Assembly (NCBI GenBank): GCA_038523235.1
Contig: JBCBJQ010000062.1
Coordinates: 1 to 35,370, forward strand
Source of the DNA: Cyanobacteria bacterium J06626_4
Lineage (GTDB): Bacteria; Cyanobacteriota; Cyanobacteriia; Phormidesmidales; Phormidesmidaceae
Direction of reading: 5' to 3'
Length of the DNA: 35,370 nucleotides
The translations under genes and the position numbers were made by a program. Below, piece by piece: positions 26,894 to 35,370 of this stretch; the stretch's first letter is position 1; each line of letters opens with the position of its first letter. The notes below the pieces were generated by a model. It searched no databases, was not told where the DNA came from, and saw only the letters and a list, made by a program, of their open reading frames with translations.

Positions 26894-27445
26894 ATGAGGG
26901 GAATGAGGTTTTCTAAGGCCCGGATCATCATGATGGCTGCAGCCATCATGGTTATTGGTATTGGTGCAGCATCGGTCGGGATTCTGTTGCCATACCTGAG
27001 CGGTACCCCGACTGGAAAGTATGAGGGCCGTGAAACCGCCGCTCGGCAAGTAATCGGTGTAATGGCCACAGTGCAAGCGGTCTCTTACTGGGAGAACAAA
27101 AGGTTTCTAGAAGATTTTGATGCGGTCAATGAGGTGGCAGATTTGCAAATCAAAGACCACAACAAGCCGATTGACGGTATTGAACCCTACAGTTTTGCCA
27201 TCAAACCACTCAACCCACAGACTATCGTCATGACCGCTACCGCTAATCTTGATGGTCTGGATAGCTTTACCGGATTCACTTGGTACAGCGATGACAGGGG
27301 CCTAAGTTATGGCATGTGTTGGACAGCAGAAAACTCAAAACAACCACCTGCCTTACCGATGCTAGAAGAACAACCTCTCAGCAATCCTCCAGGTGCCGAC
27401 TGCTGGTTTAGAACCGTTGATGAGCAGCTGCAGCTGCTCGAGTGA
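26894..27445 (+). CDS. Type IV pilin-like G/H family protein lacking a canonical prepilin motif
   Basis: N-terminal TM helix ending ILLP, then ETAARQVIGVMATVQAVSYWENKRF...YSFAI...ATANLDGLDSFTG...C...C, resembling Pilin_GH. Confidence 0.7.
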   Translation: MRGMRFSKARIIMMAAAIMVIGIGAASVGILLPYLSGTPTGKYEGRETAARQVIGVMATVQAVSYWENKRFLEDFDAVNEVADLQIKDHNKPIDGIEPYSFAIKPLNPQTIVMTATANLDGLDSFTGFTWYSDDRGLSYGMCWTAENSKQPPALPMLEEQPLSNPPGADCWFRTVDEQLQLLE

Positions 27446-27825
27446 ACTTGCTTATTTCTTTCGGACATTTGTGGTTGTAGCAAGCCGCAGCTTGAGCCAG
27501 TGATCCCAGATGGCTAAAATCGCGAGCTGAATCGCTCTGTGTAATTGCCGAACCAAATTATACGCCTTAAATAAAATTTGACTGCCTTCTCATGCCGAAA
27601 TGCTCTCGGTGAAAGTTCCTTCACTTGGATAAAGCCTTTATGGAGTAAGCAGTTGATTCAAGGTGCTGTAAATTGTGGCCTCCAGCCATATTACGTAGTC
27701 CGGAAGCAGATTAGTGTTGTTTTAGTTACAGGAGTGTGTTGATCACGGTTGTGTTTGATGACTGTTTACAAGCATTAACCTTGGCCAGCTAGGAAATGAC
27801 CTGCACACGCAAACTCAAAATTAAA

Positions 27826-28596
27826 ATGATGACCGCACATTCAATTTTTCGCGCCCTCAAAAAGGTTGGCTACGTCGCTCCGATTTTAGCGGCGTCTGTT
27901 GTCGGACTGGGAGCGATCGCCCCGTCAGCCCAAGCCAGCTCCCTCGTGCCTCAACAAGAGGGGGAAGTGAACGTTGGTTTCAACTCTTGTCTGGGTGGTG
28001 GCTGTAGCTATTTGACCCTAGATCCCACCATTGAGTCCATTGTGAGCCTGGTGGATGACTCGACAGGTACTCAGAGTCGCTTATTTGTAGACCAAGCTGG
28101 CACTGCCAATCAATATGGCAGCATCCAGTTTCTTTCCACCGATATCGGCACTTCTGATGGCTCTGGAGACTTTTGGTTCCGTCCTGTCGCCATGAACGCA
28201 ACTGGCGATGCACCGTTGGTAGAAAGTGGGCAGCTTGAGGTGGGCACCTTCGAATTCACCTTTAGTCAGGTACTCAGCGACTTAACGGTGAACTGGTTTG
28301 ACACCGAGCGCAAAGGGGGCACTAGCTATACTGCCTTTGATATCAACGGCGACCAGATTGCCACAGGCATCATTAACAAAGGCCCTAACGGCAACGTTCA
28401 GGAGACCACGCTCACCGATGTTAAGTCGATCATCCTCAATCTGGGTGAGCGCCATGGTCGCACTGGCGACGGGGTCAACTTCCAAGTTGATGGTGTAGCA
28501 GTACCAGAACCTGGTTTGATGATGGGGCTAGGTGCCTTTGTCGTGGCCGGTGGCCTCGGCCTCCGCAAGCGTCAAAGTAATAGCACCACTGCCTAA
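27826..28596 (+). CDS. LEVG-family PEP-CTERM protein
   Basis: Signal peptide ending SAQA, GQLEVGTF motif, C-terminal VPEPG + TM + RKR; alternative ATG at 27796. Confidence 0.9.
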   Translation: MMTAHSIFRALKKVGYVAPILAASVVGLGAIAPSAQASSLVPQQEGEVNVGFNSCLGGGCSYLTLDPTIESIVSLVDDSTGTQSRLFVDQAGTANQYGSIQFLSTDIGTSDGSGDFWFRPVAMNATGDAPLVESGQLEVGTFEFTFSQVLSDLTVNWFDTERKGGTSYTAFDINGDQIATGIINKGPNGNVQETTLTDVKSIILNLGERHGRTGDGVNFQVDGVAVPEPGLMMGLGAFVVAGGLGLRKRQSNSTTA

Positions 28597-28653
28597 GTCA
28601 GCGATGTGGCAGCGGCGACTCATGACGTCGCGCATCTGAACAGCAACTAACAA

Positions 28654-28694
28654 CGAAAAGCAGCCATCTCCAGATTGGAGATAGCTGCTTTTCG
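28654..28694 (+). terminator. Rho-independent terminator after the PEP-CTERM gene
   Basis: CGAAAAGCAGCCATCTCCA-GAT-TGGAGATAGCTGCTTTTCG. Confidence 0.8.
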
Positions 28695-29055
28695 CTATGG
28701 CAGTATTGCCTAGGTTTAAGGCTGTGTGGATTTCTGGATTTTTACATTCTAGAGGATTGCCAACTTCCAGAGAGACTCAAACGGCTGCGCGGCAAGTTCT
28801 TAGATGGCGCTGAAATGTTCCTTGAGTTTTTCTTCCTGAAAAACAACGCTGAGGTTCCTGCTTCACTTGGTCACGAATCTCTTTGCTGAAGTCGTCTGTA
28901 AATCTGCCTCAGTCATCTCCACTAGAGAGAAAGCACTACCGTGACAAGAAAAAATCACCTTCTGGTGGTCACCGGGGTTGACTAGCGTTCAGAACTGAGC
29001 CCGAGCCCTTATATTTGAGGGAAATTGCCTGGGTCGACTTTCTCGCAGGAAGGAT

Positions 29056-30342
29056 ATGGAATTTCGTAATGCTTCTAACCAAGTTTTTGCCTGGTTTACT
29101 CAAAGACGCCAAAAAGCTTTAGAAGCAGCCTACGAAGGGGCGTTAACGATTCAAAAATTAGAAGTCGAACTGTTTGACGGTCAGAAAATTACCGACGCGC
29201 CCGATAAAAGCAAAACCGTCGCCGACTATGCCGCTAGCCTGCGCGATCGCCAGCTCCTCAAGATTCGCTTCAACCTGACCCAATTCAAAGCCAATAGCTT
29301 TTTGTTTGACACCACCCCCGCTGCGCCGCCCGTTGAGGCCAAGCAAGATTCATCTGAGGATGAAGCGCAGCGCGATCGCGAGCGAGTGTTGGCCCAGCTA
29401 GAGTTCATCGAATCGGTGGTGGCCAAATATCGCACCGCCGGGAACGCTTTCACTTTTTTGACCGGTGACGCTGCCTTAGACCGCCCGATGCCCCCTGTAG
29501 AATCGATGCCAGCCAAAGACGTCACCCTCGACCTACCCATGTTGGCCGCCGATCGCGATCGCCCGCGCGAGACTTTTTTGCCTCGCCTGCGATCGCCCAA
29601 CAAAGAAACAGAGAGTGACTACGAGCAGCAGCTCATTGGTCAACTGCGACTACAGCGCCAGCAAAACCGCGTAGCCCTGCGCTGGCTGGCGGTGCTGTTG
29701 ATCATTCCCCTCTCGATTCAAATTCTGACCCGAAACCTGCTCTTTGAGCCCCTGATGGGCAGCTATAGTAACGTCAATCCCACCGAAATCAGTCTGAGTG
29801 AGGAAATTCAAGAAGAGTTTGCCCGCGAATATCTCTTTGCCAAAGAAAAGCTCGAAGTCGCCACGCTGCTGGGCTACTACGACGAAATGAATGATGACAT
29901 CAGGCAGGAATACTTGCAAGAATCAGCCTTTGATATCTGGCGCGAAGCGAGAGAAAGCGAACTCAACGGCTTGAAAAATTTACTGGCCGATTTGATTGCC
30001 TTCGTGGTCTTTGTGGGGCTGGTGCTCGTCGGCAGACGACAGGTCAATCTGATCAGAGCCGTCTCTAATCGCACCTTTCTTAACCTGCGGGATCCGATGA
30101 AGGTATTTCTCTTTATTTTGATCACTGACATCTTCGTCGGCTTCCACTCAGCAGAAGGCTGGGAAGTGGTTTTAGAAAGCATCCTCGGACATTTCGGCAT
30201 TCCTGAAAGCAAAATTTTCATCAATGGGTTTATTGCCACCGTGCCCGTCTTCATTGATTCCTGCATCAAGTTTTGGATCTTCAACTATCTGACCCGCTAC
30301 TCACCCTCAACTTCTGCGATTTATGAACGGATGAACACGTAA
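29056..30342 (+). CDS. pxcA: Proton extrusion protein PcxA (CemA/CotA family)
   Basis: ALEAAYEGA N-terminus, ILITDIFVGFHSAEGWE, FIATVPVFIDSCIKFWIFNYL, MN C-terminus. Confidence 0.9.
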   Translation: MEFRNASNQVFAWFTQRRQKALEAAYEGALTIQKLEVELFDGQKITDAPDKSKTVADYAASLRDRQLLKIRFNLTQFKANSFLFDTTPAAPPVEAKQDSSEDEAQRDRERVLAQLEFIESVVAKYRTAGNAFTFLTGDAALDRPMPPVESMPAKDVTLDLPMLAADRDRPRETFLPRLRSPNKETESDYEQQLIGQLRLQRQQNRVALRWLAVLLIIPLSIQILTRNLLFEPLMGSYSNVNPTEISLSEEIQEEFAREYLFAKEKLEVATLLGYYDEMNDDIRQEYLQESAFDIWREARESELNGLKNLLADLIAFVVFVGLVLVGRRQVNLIRAVSNRTFLNLRDPMKVFLFILITDIFVGFHSAEGWEVVLESILGHFGIPESKIFINGFIATVPVFIDSCIKFWIFNYLTRYSPSTSAIYERMNT

Positions 30343-30493
30343 TTCAGGCTGTGAGAGCCGCATTGGTCTGCACTCTCTGCCTGGTGCCGAAGAAGGCTTT
30401 TATTGCCGTTACAATATGCTCGACTGTGACCCAGACAGAGACAGGTTGGTATACTTCGGGTACATGGCCTTGCGATCTTAGACGGTTAATCCT

Positions 30494-30983
30494 ATGGAAG
30501 ATCAGCAACTAGTAAAAACGGGCAATCTGCTGGATTTGCTTAATGATGAAGTGTGGGTAAAAGAAGACAACGCCACTGACACTGCTTCAGAAGCGGCCCG
30601 ATTGAGATGGCCCGATTGAGGCTGGGTTGGTACTAAAAGCTTATGTCGAACAGCTAGAAACTGTTCCACCCGAAGCGTTTCGCCGCCAGCGAAGGCAGGT
30701 GCAGCTGCTATCGATTTTATTGCCAGAATTAAAGAGCTGGCTCATGTCTTGGGAGCTAGGTCTTAGCTTTGAGACGGTATACACTGAAGCGCAACGACAA
30801 TCGTATGAGCATTTGGAGCCGCTCACACCAGAGCAGCAAATCTGGACAGAGGCGCTGTTGACTGAGGATGATCAGAAGCTACCGATGGCAAAAAGAGTAG
30901 TGCGTTCTCAGACTATGTCGCAGCTTCGCTTCAACCAGGAGTATCGGAACTTTCTGGAATTAGTTGTGAAGCTATTGAGTTGA
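30494..30983 (+). pseudogene. Probable frameshifted hypothetical gene (41-aa N-part 30494-30619; C-part open to 30983)
   Basis: ATG 30494 frame stops at 30617-30619; the downstream frame is open from 30606; duplicated GGCCCGATTGAG at the junction. Confidence 0.55.
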
Positions 30984-31028
30984 GATCAAGGCTAGCAAAA
31001 ATTCTGCTAATCGTTCTTGGGACTTGAC

Positions 31029-32126
31029 ATGACTAACTTTCTGTCGAATCGGGTCTTCTGGCTCAAGGTTTTAACTACTCTAGGATTAGCTGGGCTTGGT
31101 GCTTGGCAGCTTGTCGCAAAGTTGGCCCCCTGCCAACCGCTTGATCGATATCTTCAGCGCAGCGGCTGTTTCCAAACCATCACAGTCAATTCCGAAGAAT
31201 TACAGAGTCCGTTTTTTCTGCTTCAATCATTTACGGGTTCAACTCCTTATCAGCCTCATGCTCAGCCCTTTGCCTTTTCTCCCACAGGTGAGCTGATTGC
31301 GATACCGGGAATCGTCGAAACACAAGACGAAGCTCGCAGGCCCAAGAATGGTATTGCGATCGCTCTAGTCAACACCAACAGCGGCACTCTTCGACAATCT
31401 TTCCTAGCAGATGAAACTTACTACTCACTGAGTAAGCCACCCAGCGCGCTACTTCCCATCAGCGGAAGCTTCTCACTAGACGAAACTCTATTCGCGGCTC
31501 ACGTCAAGTACGAGGATATTACGGCTACTTACCTTTGGAATGTGTCTAATGGCGAGCGTCTTTGGAGAGTTCCTGGACACGCCTGTAATCACATGACTTT
31601 CGCTGTGGACAATCAGCACCTAATCTGTGACGAACGCAAGATACGAATCAGTGACGGGATAGTCTTGAATCTGACCGAAGACGACCAGCAAGCCTTAGTC
31701 ACCCAGACACCGTCGGGCAATCCAATTGGTCGAGGTAGCAGTGACGTAGTTTCACCTGATCGCACCTTCAAAGTAGTTTTACGACTTTCAGAAGACTCAA
31801 ATGACCGATTTATGGTCGACATTCAACCTTTGGATGACGCGTCTACACCAGACACAGCAGGACTTGAATTACTGAGTGAACAGCAGTTTCCTAGGTGGAT
31901 TTATATCTCGCCTGATAGTGAGCTATTAGTCATTAAGGGAAGGAATCGCAGAGCTCAAACTGAGACAATAACTATTCGGCGACGAGACGGAACTGTGCTG
32001 AAACATTTCGAGCTAGATGGGCACTTGCATGGGGCAATATGGTCACCTGACAGTCAAGTGCTGGCTGTCGGTCTAGATGATACAGTACAGCTCTACAATG
32101 TAAATGAAGGGTTAGTTTACTTTTAA
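31029..32126 (+). CDS. Membrane-anchored WD40-like beta-propeller protein
   Basis: N-terminal TM helix; AFSPTGELIA, YLWNV, ISPDSELLV, WSPDSQVLAVG..DTVQLYNV repeats. Confidence 0.75.
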   Translation: MTNFLSNRVFWLKVLTTLGLAGLGAWQLVAKLAPCQPLDRYLQRSGCFQTITVNSEELQSPFFLLQSFTGSTPYQPHAQPFAFSPTGELIAIPGIVETQDEARRPKNGIAIALVNTNSGTLRQSFLADETYYSLSKPPSALLPISGSFSLDETLFAAHVKYEDITATYLWNVSNGERLWRVPGHACNHMTFAVDNQHLICDERKIRISDGIVLNLTEDDQQALVTQTPSGNPIGRGSSDVVSPDRTFKVVLRLSEDSNDRFMVDIQPLDDASTPDTAGLELLSEQQFPRWIYISPDSELLVIKGRNRRAQTETITIRRRDGTVLKHFELDGHLHGAIWSPDSQVLAVGLDDTVQLYNVNEGLVYF

Positions 32127-32169
32127 GTCTGATAGCAGAGGGAGAGTGCAAGTGGTGATGCATGTGAAA

Positions 32170-32277
32170 CTAGTGCTCTGTCAAGACTGAATTTTAGGGT
32201 TGCTCTTTTCTAGAAGCTTTATAGATCAAGCTTTCAGAAACTGCTCACCCTAATTCTTAGAGTTGACATTGCACTAG
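32170..32277. mobile_element. 108-bp CTAG-ended MITE with ~31-bp imperfect terminal inverted repeats
   Basis: Left CTAGTGCTCTGTCAAGACTGAATTTTAGGGT versus right (rc) CTAGTGCAATGTCAACTCTAAGAATTAGGGT; inner IR AAGCTT-n8-AAGCTT. Confidence 0.8.
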
Positions 32278-32381
32278 CTTTGGAAGTGAAACTAGACGGG
32301 ACTAGCACTACAGAGATGTTAGGTTACGAGTATTGTGTTAAGTTGGCGAGCAGCCATTGGTGGTGGGAACGCTGATCAGGC

Positions 32382-33233
32382 TACCTTTACAGCTGGACGA
32401 GCGACCAGTTCTCTCAATATGGCTCGAAACCGATTCCGGCAACCGTGAGAGATGCGACTTACGTGCTCGACGCGATTCTCAATAACGAGACGGAACTCCC
32501 GATCGTTGAGCACACCACTGATACCGCAGGCTATACGGAGCTGATCTTTGCCTTATTCGACCTTCTGGGTCTTCGGTTTTCGCCCCGCATTCGGGACTTG
32601 GCTGACCAAAAGCTTTACCGCACAGTCAACGTCAAGATGAAGCTGTATCCTCAACTCAAAGCCCATATTTCAGACCTGATCCAGACGGCGCGAATTATCG
32701 ATGACTGGGATGAGATGTTGCGCTTAGCTGGCTCGATGAAGCTGGGCTGGGTGACAGCTTCGCTCATGGTTCAGAAGCTCCAGGCATTTCCGCGCAAGCA
32801 TCCCCTCATGCGCTCACTTCAGGAGTACGGCAAACTGATCAAAACGATTCATATGCTGCGGTGGTACGCCGATGAGGCGAATCGGCGGCGGCTCAATCGT
32901 CAGCTCAACAAGGGAGAGGCGCTCCATAGTCTCCGCTCGCATCTGTTTTTTGCGAATCAAGGTAAGTTGCGGAGTCAGAAAGATGAGGAATTGCGCCACC
33001 AAGTGGGCTGCTTGAACTGGGTCACGAACGCGATCATTGTTTGGAGCACGGTTCATATCGAGCAGGTACTCCAACAACTCAAGCGTGAGGAATTGTCGAT
33101 TAGCGATGAAGACATCAAAGCGATCTGGCCCACCCGATATGAGCATCTCAACGTCTATGGCAAATACCTCTTCGAATTAGCGCGGATTGGCCAGAAATAT
33201 GAGTTCAGATCGCTTCGCCTGCCTACGTTATAG
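32382..33233 (+). pseudogene. tnpA: Tn3-family transposase, 5'-truncated remnant (C-terminal ~280 aa)
   Basis: YSWTSDQFSQY, VRDATYVLD, HTTDTAGYTE, FSPRIRDL, LNKGEALH, EHLNVYGKY; in-frame TGA at 32373. Full Tn3 TnpA is about 1000 aa. Confidence 0.9.
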
Positions 33234-33234
33234 C

Positions 33235-33272
33235 CTTAGCGACCAAAATTTCTCCGACTCTATACATAGGCC
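33235..33272. mobile_element. Tn3-family 38-bp terminal inverted repeat
   Basis: rc GGCCTATGTATAGAGTCGGAGAAATTTTGGTCGCTAAG: exactly 38 bp, ending in the conserved CGCTAAG, just after the tnpA stop. Confidence 0.8.
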
Positions 33273-33396
33273 AATTCTCGTTACCCGTGCTTGTTTTCAA
33301 GCGGCTTTGGGCGATCGCAGACAGCCAGCAAAAACTGCCTGTTGCTCTACCCCACTACAGGAGCGGGTGATTCCCATCTCCCTCTCTCCATGCCCA

Positions 33397-34299
33397 TCAG
33401 GGCGATCGCAACCGCGCCTTCAAGCTCCTAGCCACTTGCTTCACTGATTTCTTCACCGACAGCTGACGCCACCGCGAGGGCGTCTGCATGCCCACCGCAA
33501 TTTCAGCATCCACCTGCTTCAACAGATCCATCCTCGACTGTTGAATGCCTGCGCCTTGTCGGCCTAACGTCATGTAAAACTCAAAGCCATCCGTCTGATA
33601 AAAATCAATTTCCTTCAGAGCAATCAAGCCGAGACCAAATAAATCGTGCATCATCAGCCGAAAAGAATGCGGCACAAAACACCAGGCATGAACATCGATG
33701 TAAGCGTCTTCTTGCATCACCGAGGCCATTCCTTCCAGCGCATTATCAATGGAATGAACGAACTGGTAGTCCCCGCTGGTTTCTGCATTCCAGGCAATCT
33801 GGCCTGACTGAGACACCACATTCAAAAAGTATTCTGCGATCGTGCCTGGCGTGTGGTTGATCGACCTTTGCAAATGGTTGTCAATAATTTTAGCCAAGCC
33901 CGTGATGGGGCGGTAATGGTCAAAACAGTAGCGCTTATCGGGAATCACGAGAGACAGCACGCCATCGGCTTTGAGCACCTCATCACAACTGTTAATAAAG
34001 CTGATCAAATCAGGTGCATGTTCAATCACATGGGAGGCAATAATCCAGTCGTAGTAATCAGTTTTGCCTGTCAGCTCCGCATAGGATTCACCTTGCCAGA
34101 CAAAATCGACCGCCTCAATTTGACTCAGGTCTAAGCCATGCGCCTGGTACTTTTCGATCAGCTGCTCACGGCTCATATGATCGATAATATGCACCTGATA
34201 GCCGTCTTTTTTCGGAGCAACCGGATTGTGGCTAGGGCCAATTTCGATGCCACGTCCACTACGGTCAATGTGACGCAGTATTTTTGCCTTCCGGTTCAT
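33397..34299 (-). CDS. Class I SAM-dependent methyltransferase
   Basis: GIEIGPSHNP, YDWIIASHVIEHAPD, LKADGVLSLVIPDKRYCFD; ATG 34299 with GGAG upstream. Confidence 0.85.
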   Translation of the reverse strand: MNRKAKILRHIDRSGRGIEIGPSHNPVAPKKDGYQVHIIDHMSREQLIEKYQAHGLDLSQIEAVDFVWQGESYAELTGKTDYYDWIIASHVIEHAPDLISFINSCDEVLKADGVLSLVIPDKRYCFDHYRPITGLAKIIDNHLQRSINHTPGTIAEYFLNVVSQSGQIAWNAETSGDYQFVHSIDNALEGMASVMQEDAYIDVHAWCFVPHSFRLMMHDLFGLGLIALKEIDFYQTDGFEFYMTLGRQGAGIQQSRMDLLKQVDAEIAVGMQTPSRWRQLSVKKSVKQVARSLKARLRSP

Positions 34300-34487
34300 A
34301 CTTAAGACCTGCTCCAAGTATGGATATCATAGATTCAAACTGCTGCGATGGGTGCTTCCGGGGGGCGAGGCGATGAGCCACCGGGCTGCAGTCATTGCCG
34401 CTAGTCGATTGTGGCCAAATTGAAGAGGCTCGGGAACCCTGCGCAAAGGGAGCATAAAGACTGGAATGGTCGCTTTAAAGTCGTATG

Positions 34488-34511
34488 TGCGTCATCGCCC
34501 CACGTGACGCC
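34488..34511. repeat. REP-like hairpin, relative of the 15882-15906 copy
   Basis: TGCGTCATCGCCCCACGTGACGCC shares TGCGTCATCGCC and TGACGC with that copy. Confidence 0.5.
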
Positions 34512-34536
34512 CCCAATCTGATCGACGGATAGATGC

Positions 34537-35370
34537 CTATAGCTCAATAACAAACTGAGTTCCGGCCCCAACTTCTGAATAGCAATATAGTTGGCCCTGG
34601 TGATTACTCGTCACGATTTGATAGCTAACCGATAATCCCATGCCTGTGCCAACCCCAACTGGCTTGGTGGTGAAGAAGGGATTAAAGATTTTAGCTTGTA
34701 TGTCTGGGGACATACCACTGCCGTTGTCTCGAATTGAAATGGTGATTTTGTTATCTGAGGTCAGTCTGGTTGTAATGGTGATGCATCCTAAATAATCGGG
34801 TTCAGCATCTACCTGATGTTCTTCAATCGCATCGATTGCATTAACTAGCAAGTTCATGAAGACTTGGTTCAATGAATCGACATAACATTCAAATAACGGT
34901 AATTTTCCATAGTCTTTAATGACTTCGATTTCAGGTCTTCCCGCTCGACCATTCAATCGGTTTTGCAAAATCATTAAAGTACTATCGATGTTTTCATGAA
35001 GGTTGGCTGATCGAACATATACTCGATCTGTTCGAGAGAAGATTTGTAGGGATTGGATAATGTCCTGGATACGATTTACCCCTGTCTTCATTGATGAGAG
35101 AAGTTTAGGAAAATCGCTCAGAATATATTCAACATCTGCTTGTTTGATGAAATCTAAAATCCTTTGAGGAGGGCTCGGATAAGTCTCTCGATAAATTTGA
35201 ATCAGCTTGCCTAAATCCTGAGCATATTCCAAGGCTGGCTGCAAGTTGCCATAGATAAAGCTCATTGGATTGTTGATTTCATGGGCAATCCCAGCGACCA
35301 ACTGCCCTAAGCTAGACATTTTCTCGGACTGGATTAGCTGCAATTGAGTCTCTTTTAGATGATCTAAAAG
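34537..35370 (-). CDS. Sensor histidine kinase, C-terminal HisKA/HATPase part (5' end outside the window)
   Basis: QSEKMSSLGQLVAGIAHEINNP, NQVFMNLLVNAIDA, DNGSG, FNPFFTTKPVGVGTGMGL. Confidence 0.93.
   Translation of the reverse strand, partial: LLDHLKETQLQLIQSEKMSSLGQLVAGIAHEINNPMSFIYGNLQPALEYAQDLGKLIQIYRETYPSPPQRILDFIKQADVEYILSDFPKLLSSMKTGVNRIQDIIQSLQIFSRTDRVYVRSANLHENIDSTLMILQNRLNGRAGRPEIEVIKDYGKLPLFECYVDSLNQVFMNLLVNAIDAIEEHQVDAEPDYLGCITITTRLTSDNKITISIRDNGSGMSPDIQAKIFNPFFTTKPVGVGTGMGLSVSYQIVTSNHQGQLYCYSEVGAGTQFVIEL

Larger units (their letters stand above)
1..35370. repeat. HIP1 (GCGATCGC) octamer dispersed across the window
   Basis: About 40 copies counted by eye (e.g. near 206, 3527, 6332, 8447, 13142, 19302, 24313, 29243, 33312); far above chance and typical of cyanobacteria. 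Confidence 0.9.

Noticed and set aside
27715..27730. NtcA-like site TGTTGTTTTAGTTACA upstream of the PEP-CTERM gene
   Set aside because: Mismatch in the GTA half-site and no clear -10 at the canonical distance; too weak to call.

Overview
Window from a filamentous, probably halotolerant cyanobacterium (Leptolyngbya/Nodosilinea/Halomicronema-like by impression). Support: HIP1 octamer GCGATCGC seen roughly 40 times, pxcA, grxD-bolA, a LEVG-family PEP-CTERM gene and a ProU transporter. Left to right: (1) a partial minus-strand NLR-like gene missed by the ORF track (small helical N-domain, nSTAND1 NTPase, TM helix, pentapeptide repeats); (2) proVWX glycine betaine/proline ABC transporter; (3) grxD, bolA and a conserved exported protein; (4) S8 subtilase with P-domain, a DUF2127 protein and a SnoaL-like protein; (5) a ~10-kb minus-strand cluster of five glycosyltransferases, an ABC exporter and a histidine phosphatase, divergent from a histidine kinase, an OmpR regulator and a single-domain receiver, with 11-bp-phased direct repeats in the shared promoter region; (6) Pilin_GH-like gene, PEP-CTERM gene and pxcA; (7) an accessory right end with a frameshifted gene, a WD40-like protein, a MITE, a Tn3 transposase remnant with an intact 38-bp IR, a SAM methyltransferase and a partial histidine kinase. 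Intergenic spacers carry two ~108-bp MITEs and several REP/SDR-like hairpins. No rRNA, tRNA or CRISPR array was seen. The best candidate for an uncharacterised system is the two-component-linked glycosyltransferase/phosphatase/exporter cluster; the NLR-like receptor is second. All family assignments are from motif recognition by eye, not database searches.
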